From: a virus
Length of the DNA: 64,000 nucleotides
Strand: one strand, 5' to 3'
IMG/VR virus record: IMGVR_UViG_3300029505_000004
Location: 460 to 64,459 of that record
Every line of letters begins with the position of its first letter. The stretch's first letter is position 1. Under the pieces are notes generated by a model, which was given only the letters and a program-made list of their open reading frames with translations, was not told the origin of the DNA and did no database searches. Of this stretch, positions 37,483 to 47,500 are shown in pieces. Made by a program: the position numbers and the translations under genes.

Positions 37483-38564
37483 TTCCAATCAGCAGTTGAA
37501 CTGCTGTATTTTTATAAGTTTAACCGAGGTCATTTAGACCTCAAAAAAGTTGTAAATAGTTGAAAATTAAGGGATAAAATACTTGCAAAAGTCCTTGAAA
37601 ATCAGTAACTTAAAGTAAAAAACACCCCTATTTTTTGCTTGTTATGATTCCCAAGGACAAAGCTCTAAGACTTATAAGAACCTATATGTATATCTGCAAT
37701 ATGTACGAACAAAGTCTCAAATACCATTGCCAAAGATACAGCAATAATTCGAAACCGTTGTTCTCCGACGAGGAAATTCTCACGATTTATTTCTTTGTCG
37801 GTCATGAGCAGAAGTACACCCTCATCAAGGATATTCACAACTTCGCTAAAGAGTACCTACGCGACTGGTTCCCGAACCTGGTGTCCTATCAGACATTCAA
37901 TTACCGTCTAAATAGGATGGCCGGTGCTGTTACGGAACTGTCCTCACAGTTGTTAAGCATGTTCAAGCCTTCTGACTGTCAGGAAGATACCGTCATTGTT
38001 GACTCGATGCCGATAATCACATGCTGCGGAAGGAACCGTACAGGTAAGGTCGCCAGGGATATTGCCGACAAGGGATACTGTTCCACCAAGAACCTGTACT
38101 ATCATGGAATAAAGCTTCACATGGTAGGCTATCGAAGGAAAGGACATCTCCCGCATCCATGCCAGATCGCACTGTCGCCAGCATCCGAGAATGACCTGAA
38201 GGTCTTCCAGAGCGAATGCATGCCGAATCTTTTTAACAAGAAGATCTTCGCTGACAAGATATACCGAAGCTGTGACTACTGGGAGCTGGAGAGACGCGAT
38301 AAGGACAATGAGTTCTACGCTCCCGTCAAGTCCATCAAAGGGGCTTCCGAGGAAGAAAAGCAGAGAAGCAAGGCTGCAAATGACCTTTATTCTCAAGCCG
38401 TTTCTGCTGTTAGGGAACCCATTGAGGCACTCTTCAGTTGGCTGAACGAAAAAACAAATATTCAAAGAGCTTCAAAGTGCCGCTCTACTTGCGGACTGCT
38501 AATTCATACGATGGGAAAGGTTGCCATCGCATTTTTATACCTTATTTTCAACTACTGATTCAAA
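37483..38564 (+). mobile_element. insertion sequence, 1082 bp, DDE transposase (IS982-like / IS4-IS5 superfamily)
   Basis: Terminal inverted repeats TTCCAATCAGCAGTTGAA (37483-37500) and TTTGAATCAGTAGTTGAA (reverse complement of 38547-38564), 15/18 identical. Flanked by a perfect 7-bp direct repeat. Single transposase ORF. Confidence 0.85.
37644..38558 (+). CDS. DDE transposase
   Basis: ATG at 37644 (MIPKDKALRL...). The N-terminal FSDEEILTIYFF and later VDSMPI / ADKGY / FADKIY segments fit DDE_Tnp_1-type transposases. The stop lies inside the right IR. Confidence 0.8.
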   Translation: MIPKDKALRLIRTYMYICNMYEQSLKYHCQRYSNNSKPLFSDEEILTIYFFVGHEQKYTLIKDIHNFAKEYLRDWFPNLVSYQTFNYRLNRMAGAVTELSSQLLSMFKPSDCQEDTVIVDSMPIITCCGRNRTGKVARDIADKGYCSTKNLYYHGIKLHMVGYRRKGHLPHPCQIALSPASENDLKVFQSECMPNLFNKKIFADKIYRSCDYWELERRDKDNEFYAPVKSIKGASEEEKQRSKAANDLYSQAVSAVREPIEALFSWLNEKTNIQRASKCRSTCGLLIHTMGKVAIAFLYLIFNY

Positions 38565-41500
38565 TTATTTACATTAGAGTATTGTTCCTTTCCCATCATT
38601 CCGCTATCATAAGCCTTACGCAATGTGGTTTTGGTTGCATCGTTGATCTTATTCCACAACTCTTTTACATCATATGTCTGTTCAAAGTCCTTGACGTAAT
38701 TAAGCGCATCTTCTTGGAAGTTATCATGTTCTTCTCCGTCCATACTGTTAAGAATGGCCTGTGTAGCTGAATAGTCATTTACACCTCCAATATAATCACT
38801 CAGTTCTTTCAGGTATTCATATCCTGAATATAACTTCCTCAGTCTTTCCTTTTCATCTTTAAAATCCTGAATTAATTGATCCGCATTGCCCTTTTTGTTT
38901 TTGATAACTTCATCAAGCCGTTCCCGGAATGTAAGTTCTACGTTTCTTTCAATTCCGTGGGCCAACATCATATACCGTTCAATACCCTTTTGAGTAAGGC
39001 CGTACTTCTTCATCATCTTACCGGCTTCCTGAAGCATTGGCTGATAATGTTTCTTATAATACACTTCTGCTTCGGAAGTGTTTTTTGAACTTAACTGGTT
39101 TTCTGCCATGTATGCGTTCTCAAATGACTTTATAGGTTTACCGGAAACTTTAGCAATTACTTCCTGAAGGTTTTTCAAAGCAAGCATACTGTCTTGATAT
39201 GCTTCCTGTGCCTTATATTTCCATCCTTTCAAAGATTGCTCATACATACCTATACTTCCGTCTGTATCTTCCCTAAAGTAGTTACCTACTCCCATCTGGT
39301 ACTGCATGGCAACATCTTTGGCCAGATCAAGCGGTTTGTTTTTGTCTAGGTTCTGGCGGCTTCTCCAAAGGATATATTGAAGTTCATTATCACTTATTTT
39401 TATGTTAATGCCCATACGTCTCATAAGTGAATTGAATGCCTGTTTTATCCTTTGCCATACAGAAACGTCTACTCCGTTTTCAGCCATTCTTGCCATGTAT
39501 TCCTCTGTGGCTATACGTGAATTATATCCATATCTGGGAAGAGTATCAATAATTTTCTTCCTTACTTCATCGGTAACATTGGCAAAAACATCATCAAGAA
39601 AATCATCCATACGATCTTCTCCTACAAGCTGTCTCAATCCGTAATGTGCAACACCTTCGTGAAGGATAGTCTGGTTCACATCTTCCATGCTGGTAGCGTT
39701 AGGAAGATATACATACACTTTGTTGTCTGACAAAGAATACCATCCCTTTACTTTCCTTCCTTTTTCAATGGCAGATCTTACTGAGTTATCCTTTATCTGG
39801 TCAACAGAAGTTATAACCTCTACCGGAACATTCAACTTTTTAGATGTTTCTTCTACATCTTCCGATTTTATGTTGTTTAAGTCCTGATTTTCTTCCGAAA
39901 CCCTAAAACGCACATCTTCGCTATTCTCCAGTTTTGCCTTCTTTGATACGGTTACTCCCATCTTACTTAACCGGTCAAGAACTTTAGACAGGTTATCGGA
40001 AGAAATATCCGCAACCATGTAATTACCCCTAGTTGTAAACTCTTTGTTGTCAGCAAGTGAACGTAACTTGTTGTCCTCAAAGAATTCTCCACCTTGTTTT
40101 TTGGATTTAGGAACCTTTAAAGCATATCCGGATCTCCAGCCGGTGTTTTTCTCCACAATGACACGTTTATCTTCACTGATAACAGTTTCACCCTGCTGTA
40201 TCTGGATAAGTCTGCTGCTGATAGGAGCACTTGTTGTAAGATTTTCCGGCTTGAAGCTATCAGACATCAGAATACCCTGTTTCGTATCACCTTCAATAGT
40301 AGAATATGAAACCAGATATCCTTTTACGTTTTCTGATTTTTTTGTATCAACTAGGGCCTGCAGAAGGTTACCTGTAACAATATAGGCCTTCTTTCTTGTC
40401 TGGGTAGGCACATAAGAATCCCAGGTATCAACATTAAGATCCTTCAGGTAAGTCGGCTGCATCATTGTGTTCATACGGATCGAATTGAAAGCTTTTTCCT
40501 GATTTAACGGTATTTCTACTTTCCTTCTTCCGTCAAGAGTGGCAAAAATGGCAGTAGAAGAACTCGGTGAATAGTCCTTACTGAACTTGTACCCCAAAAA
40601 CATACCACGACTTGGCATAATTGTTACCAGTGTTTCGTCAAGATTGAATGGTATTACAAGAGGTTTCATAGGAGTAAACGAATTGATCTGCTTGCGAATG
40701 TTTTCCCTTCGGGCTTCAATTACGTTCTTCTGTTTTATGAAGCTTTCTTTCGATTTCTTCATAATATCCTCTACAACTACCTCGGACATTTTTTCAATTT
40801 CTTCGTCCGTAAACTCATTCTTTCCGTTTTTGCGGGCTTCTTTAGACTTTTCGATGTAGTTCTTCTTGGCTTTTTCAGAACGCTCTAACGCGCTTTGATC
40901 AAGCCTTTCTTTCAGAGTGGCAATTTTACCATCATACAATGAATTTATTTCCTTAACTCTATTGTCCAGCCATTCATTGAAAGGTTCTCCAGAAGTCATA
41001 CGACTAACTGTTGACTTGATTTCTTCCGCTTTCATGGGCTTTTTAAGGACATCTACTTCTACTTCTTCCAGATAAGTGTTATCCGCAAAGGCATTACCGC
41101 TATTGGGATCCGTTCCCGGCTTCCATATCTTTTTGCTGATAGTTTTGGCCTTCAACGGCATAGTGGTAATTTCAAGATCGTTTTCTCCGGCGTCATTAAG
41201 AAGCTGGATCTTTACATTGTATGCGTCTGTGATATCCTTGAAAACTTCTTCCTGTTCTTTTACAGGCAGGAATGGAAGATATCTGGCTATTTTGGCCGCA
41301 CACCCTTCTTTACCTGCGGTGTTGGTATCTCCTGACTGGGATTCTTCTCCTTCGCTTGTGAGGATTTTAAGAGGATCACCCAGTTTTTCGGACAACTCCG
41401 GATGCTCAAGCATATACTGCCATGTCACATCGTCACCGTACTTGTTGAGGTAATCAACAACTTCCATTTCGTTGAACTTGGATTTCTGAGAAGATGTAGT

Positions 41501-44500
41501 ATTTGCATCAAGAGACTTAAGTTTTGCCTTGAACATCATCTGTAATCTTTGTTCTGCCGGGATAGACGACATGATATACTCATATTTTCCTCTGAACTTC
41601 TGGCCGGTTCTGTCTATACGTCCTCGCATCTGCACTTCATCATTGATATCACTCTGGAACTGGGCAAACACCATGACGCGCTGACGCTGATCCTCAAACT
41701 TGGGTGAAGCATGAAGGGATATACCTGTACTACCAGACTTGTTTACCATAAGCACGTCAAGTTGTCCGTTGTTGAAATCACGTGCGGCAGACTTCTTATC
41801 ACGGTCCTTACGGTTCTGTATGACATACTTTCCGTTTTCGTCCTGAACCATCTCAAGTGTTCTACCTGTGATTTCTCCAACCTTATATCCTGCCTTCTGG
41901 ATCTTCATCTTAATTGCGTCCATAGGGCTTATAGGAAGGTCCGCGGAAAGGTTTTCAATCTTTTCCCTGATCTCGTAATACTTGTTTTGTCCGGCTTCCG
42001 GAAGGTCGTTCACAGTGAAGAACTTGTTTTCCTTTTCTCCCTTCAGGTTGGTTTCCGTATATCTCATAACTCCGTCAAGCGCACGCATAAGAGTTGCTGA
42101 GAAGTTTGGCACCTTATCCATAGGAGTGTCTTTAGGTGCTTCATCCAGAAATCCTTCCATCGTATTGGTGAAGGATATTACAGGCTTAAAACCATTCTTA
42201 AGGTTTTCAATAACCCTGTTGGCGACTGCATCTGCCTTAAGAGAGAAAAGCAACTGATTTACCAGATTATACATTTTGCTGGCAAATGGTGTATTGGTTA
42301 CTCCCAGTTCTGCGGTACCCTGCTGGAGATCGGAATAACCGCCTTGTTCGGACAATTCTTCGGAAATGCCTTCGACAATAGGTGTAATGTAGTCTTTCTG
42401 GAACGCCCTGATATCACTGAATATTGAAGATACTTCATCGAATTGTTTTCTCTGAACCGCATCTTCTTCTTCACTTACCGGCATCCAGTCAATAGTTACA
42501 CCTTGAAAACTTCTTTCTCTTCGGATCATCTGTCCGGATTGAACAAGCTGTTTGGACATGATCTCCTGCAATGTAACACCACCTTGAGATATTGCTTCGA
42601 TCATATCCTGTGGTGATATGCCAGACTTGGAAAGGTCGGTTTTCATTGCATATATAGGCATGTTATCCGCACGTTTGGCGAATGTGGCAGACAGGAATGT
42701 TACTCCTTTTACCTTTGGCATGATATACTGCATGTACATGGATCCACCGCCACTTCCACCGGCTGTATGACTTTCATCTAGGATCATAATGTTATCCTTT
42801 GACAAGGCTTGAATAACATCACGTCTTTCCTGACCGCTCTTGTCTGCTGCCGAAGGAGATTTCTTCTTATAACTCTTGTCTTTTTCAGCTATTCCATCTT
42901 CTTTTGGCTCATATTCTTTCGTTCCATTATTGATCTGGGAATATGTAGTTATGACGTAATCATACTCTTCTGGAAGCTTTCCGTTCTTCATAATGTAGTC
43001 AAACACTCTTTTCTTCTCCTTGTCGGTAGGAAGTTTGTGTACTACATTCCCGGACGCATCAGTAATAGCTGCGTTTTTTGGATCTGACGCGATGATAAAC
43101 GGCCTTAAATCTCCGCTGCCTATATCTGCAAGGTCTCTGTAATTATCAGAGAAAAGCGCGGGCTTCTGAGTGAAGTATATAGGGTTATAACCCTTCCTTA
43201 CCGCATATCTGATTAAGGCTGCACCCTGACGGCCCTTTCCGACACCGGTCATATCTCCGATAATGAATCCGTTTCCTTTATTCATCTGGTTTATAGCCAA
43301 AGAAACAGAATCAATCTGTTCAGCGGCCAGATAACTGAACAGTTCGTCTTTGCTTGAATATCCAAGCTGGTCAACCAAGAACTGGTCTACATCACCAATG
43401 TTAGCCAGAGAATCGGCAAGAACTTGTGCTTGATTTGCCGGAACAACTGACATAAGTGTACCGGACTGGCTTCTGTTGGGATATGGGACTTTTTCATCAC
43501 TGAGGTTTACTGATAATCTGCTTCTGCCGGTGTTATCTCCTGAATCAGATCTGACAGATCCACCATTCCGGCTTCCTCCGGTACTTCCTCCGTTATCAGA
43601 TCCTCGCTGCTCTTGAACAGGTTCAACGCTTCCTGCATTTGATCTGTCCGCATTATCCAATTTGCCAGCATTTTCTTCTGCTGTGGATCGTTCAGCCTGC
43701 TCTGGTCCGGATGCGGTAGTATTACCGGTGCTTCCCATGTCATTGTCAGATCCGACTTTTTTGTCTGGTCGTACGGATTTTCCCCGTTCTCCAGACTTTG
43801 GTCTATTGCTGACATTATTGTTTGCTCCACTTCCTTCTGTGTCAGTGGTCCGGGTTTCTCCTTCTGTACCGTTAAAGAGATCCCCCATTTGCTGTAATGA
43901 ACGTATATCATCTTGAACTCGGTTATATAATTCTTCAAAGCTGTTTATCTGTTCCGCTCTTGCTTTGCTCTTAACCGGTGGAGCAATAAGTTTAAACGGA
44001 CCAGTTTTTCTTCCGTTGATAAGGATAATACGAACGTCATATTTAGTTCCGTTCCTCTTGTACATATCCCCGTTAAGGTTGATAACATCAACCACATTAT
44101 AGTGTGAGTAAAGATACGCAAAAAGTTTCATATCTTTGCTCTGCATCGCACCATTATCTCGATAAGAAGTATTTCCACCGATAACAATAGCCGCCCTTCC
44201 GTTATCCTTCATGGATTCAAGCGCATTAATAGCCATCAAACCTTCCAGAGAACTGATCTTGATCTGTCCGTCGTCGAATTCTTTTGCGGTTGTCGATCCA
44301 AATGGGGGATTTGTCAGAACTGCGTCAACAGATCCTTCAAATGGTATCAGTGCATCCTGATTGGTTACCTGGGCATATCCCAGCGTACGAAGGTTTTCCA
44401 GTCTCCTTTCATCAATATCATTAACATGTACAGTATTGGCCGGGAAAGCTATTGTTAGTGCGCCATTCCCTGCTGAAGGTTCCAGAACGCTTTCAACCGT

Positions 44501-47500
44501 TTTGCCATCCTTGACAAACTTCCCCATTACATATCCGAAGGGAGTAGGCGTACTGTATTGCTGGCGTTCAAACCTTGTGCTGTCTCTTGCATTAAGAAGA
44601 GGTTGCATATTGTACATATCGACAATAGTGTCATATCCCTGCTTTTGTTTTGTTGCGTCTCCGTTAATGTAGGATTCAGCTATTAATCTTGTCTCGTTGG
44701 TCATTGCCAGTTCAACAAGTTCCTGCATATCTGTTGCTGACATGTCAGAAAGCATGTCATAACCCTTAAGGATATCTTTAACTTCCTTCATGGTTAGGGG
44801 ATCTACCTGTTCATCATTTCTCTTAGCTATTGCCTTCTCTGCAATTTTAACGCCAATTATAGAAACGGCTTCTTTCTCCTGCTCGGCTTTTTTCTGGTAT
44901 TCCTCAGAGTTGCCAAAGAGATCAGAAGGTGATTTTTTTACATCATTACTGGAAGTTGCCTTTTCTATTTCCTTCTCTTTAGCAACATTTTCTATCTGCT
45001 GCATTACATCAGGAACAGACTTATCGAAGTTGGTTACATCAAACTGACTGACTTCGCTGTCCGGGCTCATTCTTTCCGACAAGCCGTTTTCTATTGATTG
45101 CGGCATATATCTTGCGGAGCTATAAAATGACTTCAAGTAAGGCCTGATAACGTCTCCAAGATCATCTACCATTGCTTTGCAATAGTCTGCAAACTTGACT
45201 GCACCGCGTTCTATGTGGTACACAGCCATTTCTGCGCCAATAGCAATAATTTCAGGATCAATACCGGCATTTAGCTGGCCCAACTTCTGTTTAAGTCTAT
45301 TTTTAAGTTCCTGGTAACGTTCATCGGAAACAATGTTGTTACTTTTTGCAGGTGTATCTTCTGCGTTAGTGGTTGTTTCCTTTTCGGAAACAGGCACTAC
45401 ACTCTTATACTCAGCAAAAGGTTTGGTTTTTCTGTGGGATGAATTAACCCACTTCTTAAACTCTTCTTTGGAAACACGTGTTATGTTTCCTAGTCCGGTC
45501 CAGTCTTTTGAGTAATTAGCCATGTATGCGCGTTTGGCCGCAAGGGCTGATTTAAACCCATACATAACCTTGTGTTCGTCAAATGTTCCATCAGGGTTTA
45601 CCTGATCAATAACAAACACATCACCAGTTTCCGGGTTATCAGAAAGGAATACATCAATGTGATCACCATCTACGCCCTCGGTACCGTGGATATATCCATA
45701 GTCGTTGTTCATGGTAACAGACCATTCATTACCATCTGCGTCTTTTCCAGAACGTACAGATCCCTTCGGGTTTTCAATAGTTACATCGTACCCGTCAATC
45801 TTAACATGGCCTTTCTTGTAGTTACCGGCTTCCTTCTGTGCTTCAGTTGGATTTTGATCTACTTCCGCACGTGCAGCTTCGATATCGGTTTTTACTGTTC
45901 CTTCTGGTTCAGGTACCACGCTACCGCTTTTGCCATCAGTTTTAATTGCTGGCTCCGGTTGTTCTTCGACTTCTCCAGTTCTTCCTTCGTTATCACTTTC
46001 GCGTTCAGGCTGAACTGTATTGCCTTGTTCACTGTCTGTTTGTCCTTCAGTGCTTCCTGCACTTTCTGTTTCTGCTCTTCGTTCATAGTCGTTAATGATT
46101 TGCTCAAAGATAGTATTTAATTCTTCATCTGTTACGGATGAATACAAGTTATTAAGTTCTTCTTCGATATAGTCTGAATATGCAATCCATTCAGGTACCG
46201 ACATTCTGTTTTCAGAAGCTTCCCATTCAATAAGCTGGCGTTCCTGATCTTCTTCATATCCCGGAATGTTTTCTTCGATATCGGTTCCATGCATGTTTTT
46301 TGCGGCGTCCCACATCTTAGAAGGACTTCCATATTCTTGGAAAGCATTAATGATCATGTTGAACACGTCCTGATCAGTAACCATTCCCTGCAAGTTCTCC
46401 GGCATATCAGCATGGATCTGTTCTGCTGCGGCTTCTGGCGTTAAACCATCGGAAGATAATGCCCATACAAGCTTTTTCCTTTCTTCCGGTGAGTTGGAAT
46501 AGCCCAGATGTGAAGAAAGGCCCTGTGCTCCTTCTGTGTCAGACAGAGAGAACGAAACGCGGCCTGTTGCTATTTCTCGCAAAACATGTTCCTGTGGAGT
46601 TATGGAAGGGCCTAGATCTGCATCTTCTTTGACATAACGAACCTTTTTCCGCGGTTCCTTGCGTTCAAAGGCTCCTGCATCAATCTTCTTCTGAACTTCC
46701 TGCTGTGCAGCTTGCTGTTCTTCGGCTGTCATGGATGCAAGACGTTGCTGGTTTTCTTTAGCCTTTTCTTCTGCCTGAGCAATAAGTCCGGTAGGCCTTT
46801 TTGCTTCAAGATCCGCTGCAACCTGATTCCAATAGGATATCTTGTCATTGATAGCTTTTTTTGCCTTCTTTGTCTCAATAATTCCCTGAATAGTGTTTCC
46901 GGAAGATTTTTTCTTTTCAACTTTTTTTAGTTCGTTATTATAATACTCAATCATCTGCGTTACGGTGTCCTTCGCATCATCAACATTATCACTGATTTCC
47001 AGCAATGCGGCAGAAGTATCTGCAATCGGTGCGGCTTCAAAGTCTTGTTCACCTCTTTCGTTAAGAGGAATGCGAGACATGGCAGTCTGATTTTCCTGAA
47101 CCGGTTGTTCAGAAGTTTCTTCCTGTACAGGCTGTTCAGCTACAGAAGGCTGTGTTTCTTCTCCATTAGCTGGCTGTTGGCCGTTGATGGCATTTCTTAT
47201 TTCTTCTTCGGACATCAGCTGTGACTGGGCTGGCGTTCCATTTTCATCAAGAAGGTACACTTCATATCCGTCTGGAGTTACCCTGTTGACTTCATAATTG
47301 TTTCCACCCATTGTAAATCTGGTTTCTGGTCCTATGGGCTGTTGTTCTTGGGCCGGAATAGAATTAATCTGTGCTTCTTCGGCTTGCAAGACTTCTTCTT
47401 GCGCATCATTACCGGCACGCTGGATCATTTCTTCTGCCGGTGTATTATCTACAAGAGAACTGAACATAGATACAGGAGCCATTTTCACACGTCCATCTTC

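Noticed and set aside
37526-37542. Hairpin GAGGTC-ATTTA-GACCTC (and CAGCAG-TTGAA-CTGCTG at 37490-37506) as terminators ending the giant gene.
   Set aside because: Both lie inside the IS boundaries defined by the IR and TSD. Neither is followed by a T-run in the - strand direction. The second is simply the left IR pairing with an adjacent sequence.
37551-38573. Alternative IS boundaries at TGTAAATA (37551-37558) and TATTTACA (38566-38573).
   Set aside because: This gives only an 8-bp inverted match, no flanking direct repeat and no in-frame restoration. The 37483/38564 boundaries give an 18-bp IR, a perfect 7-bp TSD and an in-frame fusion.
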